Below are positions 19,890-29,041 of a stretch of 64,000 bases of DNA, in pieces (position 1 is the first letter of the stretch; every line of letters begins with the position of its first letter). The stretch covers positions 3,136,001 to 3,200,000 of the forward strand of contig OZ243961.1 of the NCBI GenBank assembly GCA_965214605.1. The letters are read 5' to 3'. This DNA comes from an uncultured Candidatus Binatia bacterium. GTDB taxonomy: Bacteria > Desulfobacterota > Binatia > Bin18. The notes under the pieces are model-generated. The model ran no database searches. It was not told the DNA's origin and saw only the letters and a program-made list of their open reading frames with translations. The position numbers were made by a program, and so were the translations under genes.

Positions 19890-21296
19890 TCAGCCTTTTG
19901 ACTGCTCCTCGGCCGCCGCCGGTTGGGCACCAGCGCGGAGTTCCTCAACATCGTCCGGGTCAGGCATGATCACGAACTCGGGGTAGGCTTCGATGCCGAG
20001 TTCCATTGAATCTTGGCCGACCTCTTCGACAGCAGGCGAGACTCGGACCCCCATTGTCTTTTCGAGGGCCAGCCACACTAACCACGAAGCCCCAAACGCG
20101 AACACCCCCACCGCCAGCACTCCGAGGAGCTGTACGCTGAGGTTGCCGCCAGCCGCAATACACACCGCTAGCGTCCCCCAGATACCGGCGAACAGATGGG
20201 CCGGGACCGCGCCGACCACGTCGTCTAGCTTCACGACTTCCAGCAGTTTCATGCCCCCCACGCACAGCACGCCGCCAATCGCTCCAATGATCACTGCCAA
20301 GTACGGCTCTACAATGTCGGGTCCCGCGGTAATTGAGACGAGGCCCGCAATTGCGCTGTTGAGGATAGCCAGCAGGTCGACCCGCCCGAGTATGGGGCGC
20401 GAGACAAACAGGGCGGTCACGACCCCCGCGGCCGCGGCAAGGTTGGTGTTGGCCAGCACGTTGCTCATTGCCACCGCGTCGAGCGCACCGCCCAAGGCGA
20501 GCTGTGAGCCGCCGTTAAAGCCGAACCAGCCAAACCACAGAATGAGGACGCCTAAGGTAACGAACGGGACGTTCGAGGGCGGCGTGGGTTTGACACTGCC
20601 GTCAGGCCGGAACTTGCCCGCTCGTGGTCCCACGACCAAAGCACCGGCCAGCGCCGCCCAGCCACCGGTCGAATGCACGATGGTGGATCCGGCGAAGTCC
20701 TGGAACCCCATCTTACTGAGCCAGCCTTCACCCCACGTCCAGGCGCCAACAATGGGATAGATGATGGCCGTCAAAACGGCTGTGAAGGTGAGGAACGGCC
20801 ACAGCTTCACCCGCTCGGCCAGGGTGCCGGAAACAATGGAGGCGGCGGTTGCGACAAAGACCATCTGAAAGAACCAGTCCGACATCGTGGAGTAGCCGTT
20901 CTTAACGACCGCGGCCAGCGCCCCTTCCTTGTCGGACAACAGGGCTAGCTCATCGGCTGACGGACCGTAGAAGAGGGTGATGGAGCCGATCAACGCCCCA
21001 ACGTCAACGTACATGAGGTTATAGCCAATGCCGTAGTAGGTCAGCCCGGCGATTGAGTACAGGCCGATGTTCTTGAGACAGATCACAGAGGCGTTCTTTG
21101 TGCGCACCGAGCCGGACTCCAGCATGGTAAAGCCCGCACACATCCACATGACGAGCGCCCCCCAGATAAGAAATGAGAAGGTGTTCAGGACAAACTGGGC
21201 CTCTTCGCCTATGGCAGCCTGCGCGGTGCTTGGCAGCAACACGAGCCCGAGTCCCGCAAGAAGCCGACTCCCTCTGCCTAGTCCGTCTATATTCAT
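19890..21296 (-). CDS. amt: Ammonium transporter
   Basis: FFQMVF, DFAGSTIVH, WFGWFGFNGGS, DDVVGAVPAH (twin-His retained). RBS GGAGG precedes ATG 21296. Confidence 0.93.
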   Translation of the reverse strand: MNIDGLGRGSRLLAGLGLVLLPSTAQAAIGEEAQFVLNTFSFLIWGALVMWMCAGFTMLESGSVRTKNASVICLKNIGLYSIAGLTYYGIGYNLMYVDVGALIGSITLFYGPSADELALLSDKEGALAAVVKNGYSTMSDWFFQMVFVATAASIVSGTLAERVKLWPFLTFTAVLTAIIYPIVGAWTWGEGWLSKMGFQDFAGSTIVHSTGGWAALAGALVVGPRAGKFRPDGSVKPTPPSNVPFVTLGVLILWFGWFGFNGGSQLALGGALDAVAMSNVLANTNLAAAAGVVTALFVSRPILGRVDLLAILNSAIAGLVSITAGPDIVEPYLAVIIGAIGGVLCVGGMKLLEVVKLDDVVGAVPAHLFAGIWGTLAVCIAAGGNLSVQLLGVLAVGVFAFGASWLVWLALEKTMGVRVSPAVEEVGQDSMELGIEAYPEFVIMPDPDDVEELRAGAQPAAAEEQSKG

Positions 21297-21337
21297 GCCT
21301 GCCTCCAAGTTCGCAGTGGACCGCTCTCTGTGATCCC

Positions 21338-21814
21338 TCAGGCATCAGGCGGCTCTGTTAAGGCGTCTAAAACCTTTTGGGGATGTGTTGCGGCTTTGGC
21401 GACTCTCTTCCAGTGCTTCTTTACTTTCCCGTTTGGTCCCACCCAGACCGTCGAGCGAATGACGCCAAGCGTCTTTTTGCCGTACATCATCTTCTCGCCG
21501 TAGGCACCGTACTTGGTCATGACTTTTTTGTCGGGGTCGCACAACAGGGGAAACGGCAGATTGTACTTGGAGACGAACTTCTGGTGTGAAGCCTCATCAT
21601 CGGGCGAAATGCCGAGCACGGTTGCGCCGCGCTGCTGAATGTCTTCCCAGACATCACGAAACCCACACGCTTCTTTGGTGCAGCCGGGGGTGTCGTCCTT
21701 GGGATAAAAGTAGACAATCACATCCTGACCTTTGAAATCTTCGAGAGAGACCGTATTCCCGGCTGTGTCTTTGAGGCGAAAGGCCGGGGCGGCTTTTCCT
21801 ACTTCAACCGGCAT
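21338..21814 (-). CDS. bcp: Thioredoxin-dependent peroxiredoxin BCP
   Basis: YFYPKDDTPGCTKEACGFRD. Confidence 0.95.
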   Translation of the reverse strand: MPVEVGKAAPAFRLKDTAGNTVSLEDFKGQDVIVYFYPKDDTPGCTKEACGFRDVWEDIQQRGATVLGISPDDEASHQKFVSKYNLPFPLLCDPDKKVMTKYGAYGEKMMYGKKTLGVIRSTVWVGPNGKVKKHWKRVAKAATHPQKVLDALTEPPDA

Positions 21815-21944
21815 CGCGTTGTCCTCCTTGTTGTCCGGCGTGTTCAGACGCCGCTACTTGTAGCAGCTTTTCTTCTTCCAGATCAATTGCTCGCAACTCA
21901 GGCCTGAGCGCTGTTCACTCGTGGCCCAACAAGGTGCTTCTGGA

Positions 21945-22005
21945 ACGCAAAGCGCCGGGTGAGAACCCGGCGCTTGCATGAGTGAGAGCAGGAGAACCCC
22001 TGCTC
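21945..22005 (-). terminator. Twin hairpin/terminator after the amidohydrolase
   Basis: Minus strand GAGCAGG-GGTTCT-CCTGCTC, then AGCGCCGGGT-TCTC-ACCCGGCGCT followed by TTGCGTT. Confidence 0.6.
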
Positions 22006-22012
22006 GGATGGC

Positions 22013-23755
22013 TTACTCGGCGGCCATGTCGGAACTGCGCAGCATCTTGCCCGGCAGGGCACCGGTGCACTGCTGACCCTCGAAAGTGATCCCTCCGTTC
22101 ACGATCGTGTAATGGTATCCCTCTGCCTTTTGGACCCGCCGCCAGTCGTTGTTGGGCAGGTCAGTGATGGTCTCCATCGGCAACACTCGGAGCTTCTCCA
22201 AATCGTAGACAACGATGTCAGCCGGCATTCCTTCACGCAGCCAGCCACGGTCGCGGATGCCAATGGCCCAGCCCAACATGGTAGATAGCCGCCAGTGCGC
22301 CTCTTCCAGTGACATAATCTGCCTATCGCGGACCCAGTGTCCCAGAAAATGGGTTGGATAGCGACCGGTGGTCAAAAATTTGGTATGGGCCCCGCCGTCC
22401 GAAGCGCCGATCAGAGTCAACGGGTGCTTGACAATCTCGCTGACCGCTTCCTCGTCGCCATTGATGAAGTCCTGCAGGGCAAATTCGGTTCCCAGGTTTT
22501 CCTCGACCGCCAAGTCCAGCATGGTATCAACCGGATGTTTGCCCAGCTCTTTGGCAACCTCGGCGATAACCCGGCCCTCCAGATGCTTGTTCTTTTCCAG
22601 ACACACCTCGGCAATCGTTGTCTTGTCCCAATTGAAGAGGGAGATTTGGGCAGCCTCCCCATCCTGGCGCCTCTTCTCCATCACCGTCGGGGTATTTTCC
22701 ATATCCCGCCTGAGGGCTGGCCGCCGACCCGGGTCAGACAGCTTGGCTTTGCGCTCTTCGTGGGTACCTACCGTGGCTTCATTCCAGGCCGGCAGCTGGT
22801 CAAAGAGCCCAACGGTCTCGAATTTGAACTCAAATTCGATCGGCAGGCAGATATTGACCGGGAGCACAACGGCCTCACGAAAAACCTCTTCTGTCCAGTC
22901 CAGCTGGTTGCGCCAGGCGTCCGGGTTAGTCGGATCATAGATAATGGCGTTCCAGTTCACCGGCCGGCCGCTGGTTTTGGCGAGTTCGACAAGAAAATTC
23001 CGTCCCAGCCCTTGCAGGGCATGACCCATGGTCCACTCGATGGAGCCACGGTTGAACTCGCGCATGACCTTGGCCATTTCCAGGAATTCTTCGCGCGGGG
23101 CCACGTGAGTCGGCAGATAGCCGCCATCGTAGTCACGGTTGGCCATGCTAAAGCTGGCCGAGAAGCCAAAGCCGCCGGCTTCCATGCCTTCCCGCACCAG
23201 GTGCTTCATCTGGTCTACCTGGTCTTGGGTGGCCTTGTAGTTCGGATCCCGGGCCGCGTCCGTGCCCATCACCCAGGCGCGCAGCGGGGAGTACGGAATG
23301 AGCGAGGCCGCATTCACCCCTATTCCGTGGCGTTCAATGCTGTCCAAGAATTCGGGAAAGGTCTCCCAGTCCCAACGCATCGATGCCTGCATAATGGACA
23401 AGGGAATCGTCTCTGTCCGTTCCATGCGCAACATCGCCCGCTCGCGATCCTCTGGATGGACCGGCGCAAAGCCAAAGCCGCAGTTGCCGATGGCAACGGT
23501 CGTCACTCCGTGCCAGCCTGATAGTGTCGCGTACGGATCCCACCCGGTCAGCGCTGCATCATAGTGAGTGTGAATATCCATAAACCCCGGTGCCACGATC
23601 AACCCGGTAGCATCGATAACGCGCTGGGCACTCCCCTGAATATTCCCCATAGCGGCGATCTTTCCGGCCTGGATCCCGATATCCCCGCGGTACGCGGGCA
23701 TCCGCAAGCCGTCGATGATTGTGCCGTTTTTAATAAGCAGATCATAATCAGCCAT
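22013..23755 (-). CDS. Amidohydrolase, N-acyl-D-amino-acid deacylase family
   Basis: APGFMDIHTHYD, HGVTTVAIGNCGFGFAP, SDGGAH, DRGWLREGMPADIVVYD. RBS AGGAGG. Confidence 0.9.
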   Translation of the reverse strand: MADYDLLIKNGTIIDGLRMPAYRGDIGIQAGKIAAMGNIQGSAQRVIDATGLIVAPGFMDIHTHYDAALTGWDPYATLSGWHGVTTVAIGNCGFGFAPVHPEDRERAMLRMERTETIPLSIMQASMRWDWETFPEFLDSIERHGIGVNAASLIPYSPLRAWVMGTDAARDPNYKATQDQVDQMKHLVREGMEAGGFGFSASFSMANRDYDGGYLPTHVAPREEFLEMAKVMREFNRGSIEWTMGHALQGLGRNFLVELAKTSGRPVNWNAIIYDPTNPDAWRNQLDWTEEVFREAVVLPVNICLPIEFEFKFETVGLFDQLPAWNEATVGTHEERKAKLSDPGRRPALRRDMENTPTVMEKRRQDGEAAQISLFNWDKTTIAEVCLEKNKHLEGRVIAEVAKELGKHPVDTMLDLAVEENLGTEFALQDFINGDEEAVSEIVKHPLTLIGASDGGAHTKFLTTGRYPTHFLGHWVRDRQIMSLEEAHWRLSTMLGWAIGIRDRGWLREGMPADIVVYDLEKLRVLPMETITDLPNNDWRRVQKAEGYHYTIVNGGITFEGQQCTGALPGKMLRSSDMAAE

Positions 23756-24090
23756 GCGATCCTCCTTTTCGCTCATGCGAGCAGACTAATGGTGAAACCA
23801 AAAAATGACGCTACAATTAAAGACCAACACTTGTTGACAATGCCCCCAGGCGGTCTGCCGCGTAGCTGAACAGACGCCTACTCTCCGGCTTCTAGCACAA
23901 GACTCGCCACTTTTACAATGGACACAATTGAGGAAATGTTCGGTTGGGAAAAGAGGCGGCGTCTTTCATTTTTCCAAGGAGGAGGACACGCCAAACAAGG
24001 AAACTTCCGCAACAAAGATATTCGTGGACTGTGTTTGCCAAAAACACGGAAGATCTCTATAAAGGGTCCGACTATGTGAGGAGGGAAGAT

Positions 24091-24699
24091 ATGAAGAAAC
24101 GTACCACATCCATCGTATCGCTGATAGCAACCGCCACCATCCTCGGCTCCGCCCTCCCAGCCTCCGCATTGGTCCATCCCCGCAGCTACGACGAAACAGT
24201 TAACCTGCTTCTGCGGGGCTATGATTACTTCGTGAATCTCATTTCCTATTATGAGGACCGCCTTCCAGACTATGACGCCAGAATAGAGGAGGCACGGAGC
24301 AAATATCGGCAAACAAGGAGCCAATCAGACAGGCTGAGCATCGTCTATCACAAGCTCTTCGCGGGGCTCATCTATGAAACTGTATCAAGCAACCGTCAGG
24401 AATTCAATTTCTTGCTAGGAGTTAACGAAGATCCCGGAACCGACGTATATGATGTCTATGATTACTCCTTCAAGTTGCATATCGCAAAGCTCAACTACCT
24501 CGGTGCGAAACTAGAAGAGCTAGATAAAGAACTGCAAGTCCACGAAACAAGCCTGACGGAAGCAGAACTCAACGTCATCTCTGGACCAAAGAACGCCTTT
24601 AGCGACGACGATACCCTGATTGAACAAAAGGCCAAGCTGGAGAGGCAACTCTTAGCCATAGAATCCAAGCTGATACGCCTGAGAGTCTGGGGGGAATAA
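24091..24699 (+). CDS. Hypothetical secreted helical/coiled-coil protein
   Basis: RBS GAGGAGG and signal MKKRTTSIVSLIATATILGSALPASA. Lower GC than the flanks. Confidence 0.65.
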   Translation: MKKRTTSIVSLIATATILGSALPASALVHPRSYDETVNLLLRGYDYFVNLISYYEDRLPDYDARIEEARSKYRQTRSQSDRLSIVYHKLFAGLIYETVSSNRQEFNFLLGVNEDPGTDVYDVYDYSFKLHIAKLNYLGAKLEELDKELQVHETSLTEAELNVISGPKNAFSDDDTLIEQKAKLERQLLAIESKLIRLRVWGE

Positions 24700-24849
24700 C
24701 ACCTACGGACTGCTCCGTCCGAGGTGGTGCTTCCTGCACCCGGCTCAACGCGACCTTGGCAAGCGACAGTGCAGGAATTGTGGCTTTGTCGAGTCTTGGC
24801 ACGCCCTAGGAGGGGAGGGCTGATTATGGGGGCAAGACAAAAGGCTGGC

Positions 24850-25127
24850 GAACACCTCGGCAGAGATAGACGTTGTGAGGCGTGACTAGTCAGACTGTTT
24901 GAGGACCAACTCATATCGCACCGGGCTACTCTGCCGCCAACCAAGAAGAGTGAGCAATGGAGCTGGAAGCCCACGGAACCGAGCCTTACGGCAACGGGGG
25001 ATGACGCCAAAGCCCTGCCTTCAGCGACAACGATACCGTGGTTAATATTCAAGGAGTAAGCGGAAGAGGCGTCTCTGAGCCTGGAGCCCAAGCTGATACC
25101 CAAGGAGGAATAACGACGGAGACGGAC
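24850..25127 (+). pseudogene. Degenerate tandem copy of the 3' half of the preceding gene
   Basis: Collinear matches: catatcgca, gcct(t/c)agcgac(g/a)acgatacc, ccaagctgatac, ggaataac. Many indels. Confidence 0.6.
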
Positions 25128-25397
25128 GAAGGGCTACTCCGCCCCAGGGGTGGCTTGCATGCGGCTCCGGCCGCCTGGCCTGGAGCTGTGGATTGATTGA
25201 AGCCTGAGAGGCTTGTCAAATCCTCTCGTGTGAGAATGTGACAAAAACTCGTGCATGAAGCCCCATGATGAACGCTAAGCGCCTCCTTGCATCCCTCATG
25301 GCAACCGCGGCAACTGCCGGCCCGGCATGACAAATGACTTGGCGTCGGCAGCCTTGAGACTGACAAGCGGCTGCCGGAGCTTTAACTGCTTCGGCAG

Positions 25398-26183
25398 CTA
25401 CCCTAGCGGTGGCAGATCCGATAGTGTAATTCCCCGGAGGTTGCCGCTTGACGGGTGTGCCTTTTTCGCCGCTCGGATGATCATTTTTCGCATCGCTTCT
25501 TCTAGGAACTCGCGTTCAGCTGGTGTCAATTCGGCGGAAACCCCCGTAGATTTCCTTGCGCCCGTCCTACCGCCCTTCGTGGAGGAAAGACGACCGATTG
25601 CTGAAAGAACTTTTTGGGCAATGCAATAATGCTTTGCCGCTTCTTTGCGTTTTGTCGTAGGGAGTTCCAACATGGTCCGGCAGAAATAGGCCATAGCCGT
25701 TAACGTTTCTGGTTGTTGTCGAGAGATCATATAGCGGTGGAACATGATCTTGACTTTGTCGTCGTCAGGATCGAAATCCATGTCTGACGGCGGTGAAGGA
25801 TATGTAGGACGAGTGGTAATCTGGAGAGAGTCCGTTAGCTTGAGTTTCTCCCCCGACCCTATATGCCTCGTCCCCGGTGAGGGGGCTCTATTGATAATAT
25901 CCGCGCATTCGAGTTCCAGCCGAAAGGAGTCCGGGCCTCTTTTCAAGCGGATACAGAACTCCCAGTTGGCGATATATTCCTTAAGGGCTGCTTGCGCACT
26001 CTCCTGCGTCGGGAAATGCTCCTTCATTTCGAAACGAGCCTTCCCTTTTTCGACAGTAAGCCGAAAGCTCGATTCCTCGACTTCGAGAGTCTTCGCATCA
26101 CTGTAGTCAAACGCGCTTTCGTGTTCGATGCGATAGACCAATGCGTTGACATGGGGGTCGTTCATTGCCGTTCCTGTTTTCAT
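25398..26183 (-). CDS. Hypothetical protein (possibly HEPN/ApeA-like architecture)
   Basis: Clean 261-aa ORF with lower GC, a beta-rich N-terminus and a helical C-terminus (LTAMAYFCRTMLE...GARK). No motif confirmed. Confidence 0.6.
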   Translation of the reverse strand: MKTGTAMNDPHVNALVYRIEHESAFDYSDAKTLEVEESSFRLTVEKGKARFEMKEHFPTQESAQAALKEYIANWEFCIRLKRGPDSFRLELECADIINRAPSPGTRHIGSGEKLKLTDSLQITTRPTYPSPPSDMDFDPDDDKVKIMFHRYMISRQQPETLTAMAYFCRTMLELPTTKRKEAAKHYCIAQKVLSAIGRLSSTKGGRTGARKSTGVSAELTPAEREFLEEAMRKMIIRAAKKAHPSSGNLRGITLSDLPPLG

Positions 26184-26586
26184 TCCGGGTCCTTGCGCTC
26201 AAGTCCGCCGATATCTGTCTGCCGCGTCTGATGGGCAGGAAACTACCCGTCCTTGCCTCTTCTGGGGCTTCACACTGCAGCGGTGGCTGAGGCTGACGGA
26301 TTCGAGACATCCTCTTTAGAGCAGATCGTAAAGTAAGACTCCATGCGATGTGGGAAGAGTTGGACAGGAGAAGCCCTCTTTAAGATGAGGACCCCCCCCC
26401 CGAGTTCCTGCTCTACGCTATGTGGCAGACATGGCGAGAGCAAATTCGGATAAGACCGTTCTTGGAATACAGGCCGATCTGAAGGAGAGAGAACTGACGA
26501 AGACCTTGACAGCACCTCACACATCAGGGTGGAGTGTGTCGCAAAGCAAGGACGCATGATCAACTCCGGTGGAATCGGTCCCAAGT

Positions 26587-27894
26587 TTATTCTTCCTTGT
26601 TTTGGAGAAGATGGAGGTTCAGGCTCACCCACACCGCAGTGCCTAGACAGCACGCCCCGGTAAGCGCGACGGTGAGAGGGGCACCGATGGAGGGGGCTAA
26701 GAGTCCTGACAGCAGACTGCCCACCGGAGCGGCTCCCATGATCATCATAAAATACAGGCTCATGACTCGCCCGCGCAGGTGATCTGGAGCAATCGTTTGC
26801 AGCAGGGTGTTGACGGCGGCCATCGGGACCATAAAGCCTGATCCCACCAGGGGCAGGACTAGCAGAGAGAGCCACAGGTGGCTGGAGGAGGCGAACAGAA
26901 TCAGCCCAAGGCCGAACCTGATCAGAGCAAAAGCAATAGCCCGACCGAGCATATCCGTCCCGCGATGCCGGGCCAGAAAACTGACGCCAACCACCGCACC
27001 CATCCCAGCCGCACCCATGAGCAGGCCCATGCCGCTTGGGCCACTGTTGAGAATATCTTTGGCAAACACTGGCATAAGGACGGTATAGGGGGTACTGAGC
27101 AGACCAACGAGACCGATTAAGAGTAGGGGAAGACGGATCGACGGGGTTCTGACAGCATACCCAATCCCCTCGTGGATAAATTCCGAAACGGACCTGTTCG
27201 AAGAAGCAGGGTGTGTCCGAGGAGGCAGCCGCATAGCCAGAAACCCCCCGATGATGGCCAAGTAGGACAGTGCGTTCACCGAAAAGCACGCCCCTTCCCC
27301 GGCTTGGGCCACAATAATACCGGCTAGTGCCGGACCCAGAATCCGGGCTCCGTTGACGAGGGCGGAATTCAGGGCAATGGCGCTGGGCAGATCGTCTTTG
27401 CCAACAATCTCCATCAAAAAGCTCTGCCGGGCTGGCATCTCAAAGCTCTGAACCGTTCCGGCAAACAGCGCCAGAAAAAACACCTGCCAGGCCGTAACCC
27501 AGCCGCCTAGGGTCAAGACGCCTAACACTGAGGCCTGGAGCATGGCCAAAACGAGCATGAGCAGGATGACGTGGTAGCGGTTAAAGCGGTCGGCTACAAC
27601 GCCTGCGAGTAGGCCCAACAGCAGGGAGGGAAACTGCCCGGCAAACGACACGAGGCCGAGCATCAATGCGGACTCGGTCAACCGGTAGACCAGCCAGCCC
27701 TGGGCCACCCACTGCATCCAGAAGCCGGTCCGGGAAACAAACTGGCCAATAAAGAACAGCCGAAAGTTGCGGTGCTGGAGTGCGCGGAGACTGTAGGGAA
27801 GCTGCCAACCGGAGCCGCGAGTCGGAGTTGGTGGGGCGACAGGGGCAGGTGCTTGGAGTTCTTTGTGGGCAAGAGGTGTTGGATTCGATAACAC
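26587..27894 (-). CDS. MFS transporter (MFS_3/DUF894 type)
   Basis: ALQHRNFRLFFIGQ, GVVADRFNR, PARQSF, LRGRVMSLY, about 12 hydrophobic segments. Confidence 0.9.
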   Translation of the reverse strand: MLSNPTPLAHKELQAPAPVAPPTPTRGSGWQLPYSLRALQHRNFRLFFIGQFVSRTGFWMQWVAQGWLVYRLTESALMLGLVSFAGQFPSLLLGLLAGVVADRFNRYHVILLMLVLAMLQASVLGVLTLGGWVTAWQVFFLALFAGTVQSFEMPARQSFLMEIVGKDDLPSAIALNSALVNGARILGPALAGIIVAQAGEGACFSVNALSYLAIIGGFLAMRLPPRTHPASSNRSVSEFIHEGIGYAVRTPSIRLPLLLIGLVGLLSTPYTVLMPVFAKDILNSGPSGMGLLMGAAGMGAVVGVSFLARHRGTDMLGRAIAFALIRFGLGLILFASSSHLWLSLLVLPLVGSGFMVPMAAVNTLLQTIAPDHLRGRVMSLYFMMIMGAAPVGSLLSGLLAPSIGAPLTVALTGACCLGTAVWVSLNLHLLQNKEE

Positions 27895-27900
27895 GGCTTG

Positions 27901-27929
27901 ACCCTATGCGCCGTGCCCCAGGCTGTCAA
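27901..27929 (-). promoter_or_regulatory. Sigma70 promoter, leaderless geometry for the MFS gene
   Basis: TTGACA-17-TAGGGT-6-GTG(27894) on the minus strand, with no SD. Confidence 0.55.
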
Positions 27930-28038
27930 TGAAAAGGGCCTGGGGCAGAGGGCTGTCCGGTCGGTTAGTGTATTGCCCATCGTATTAACAATCGCTATAA
28001 AACACCCGAGTGAGGCTGCACGAAAGAAGGAGAGGCAT

Positions 28039-28920
28039 ATGGAAGTTGGCGTTTTAGTGACTGCCACTGCGCAGAGTGGGGATCTCGCCGCGGTGGCCCG
28101 ACGGGTCGAAGCCGAGGGGTTTGATTCGTTGTGGATTCCTGAGCATCCAGTCATTCCGGTTGGCCACAAGACCCCGTTTCCGGCCGCCGCGGATGGACAA
28201 CTCCCGGAGCATTACAACCGCTGGGCCGACCCGTTTATCGCTCTGACCGTAGCGGCGACGGTGACCAACAAGGTCAAGCTGGGAACCGGCATCTGTCTGC
28301 TGCCCGAGCGGGAGCCACTGGTAACGGCCAAGACGATAGCCAGTCTGGATCTGTACTCTGGGGGCCGGGTGATAATCGGAGCCGGAGCGGGCTGGTTGCG
28401 GGAAGAGACCGAGGTATTGGGAACGGAATTTCGGTTGCGTTGGAAGCGCATGCGGGAGACGGTTGAGGCGATGAAAGTGCTGTGGACCCAGCGTGAAGCG
28501 GGCTATGAGGGGGATTTGGTCCGTTTTCCGGCTGTTCGCTGTGAACCCAAGCCTGTGCAGCCCGGCGGCCCACCGGTCTTGCTAGGCGCGCACGGCCCAA
28601 AGGCATTGGAGCGGGTGGCGCGTAGCTATGACGGCTGGTTTCCGTTGGTCCAGAGCCCAGACGCTTTTAACAAGCAGATGGCAACGCTGAGGGAGATGAC
28701 AAGAGAGGCGGGCCGCGATCCAGACGGCTTAAACATCACGATTATTGTTGACCCAGGAGAAGACGGACCGTCACAAGATGCTCTCAAACGCTACCGCGAT
28801 GCCGGGGCGAGGGGCGTCGTGACCTTCTCTCAGCAGATGGGTACAGAGATTGCGGATGGCAAGGTCATGGCCTGGATTGACCGGGCGCTGCCAACGGTAG
28901 AGCGGGCCCAGCGGCTCTAA
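28039..28920 (+). CDS. LLM-class F420-dependent oxidoreductase (Rv2161c-like)
   Basis: GFDSLWIPEHPVIP, DPFIALT, AKTIASLDLYSGGR, PKPVQPGGPP. RBS AAGGAG. Confidence 0.85.
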   Translation: MEVGVLVTATAQSGDLAAVARRVEAEGFDSLWIPEHPVIPVGHKTPFPAAADGQLPEHYNRWADPFIALTVAATVTNKVKLGTGICLLPEREPLVTAKTIASLDLYSGGRVIIGAGAGWLREETEVLGTEFRLRWKRMRETVEAMKVLWTQREAGYEGDLVRFPAVRCEPKPVQPGGPPVLLGAHGPKALERVARSYDGWFPLVQSPDAFNKQMATLREMTREAGRDPDGLNITIIVDPGEDGPSQDALKRYRDAGARGVVTFSQQMGTEIADGKVMAWIDRALPTVERAQRL

Positions 28921-29041
28921 GAGCCATCTCCTTCTGTGCTTGCCTTGGAGGGCGAGGCTTGGCTGTTCCCCAACTTGTTTTTTCGCCTGGGCCTAGTTAC
29001 AGTTCGCGAAGTCCTAAGACACTGAGGAGGAGGTATTCGTT

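Noticed and set aside
21940-21980. c-di-GMP-I riboswitch (ACGCAAAGC)
   Set aside because: No GGCAAAC/GNRA stem. The hairpin is better explained as the amidohydrolase terminator.
26190-26586. Gene within the gap, and the 339-aa ORF 26270..27289
   Set aside because: That ORF is an alternative frame overlapping the MFS gene, and the remainder shows no recognisable coding signal.
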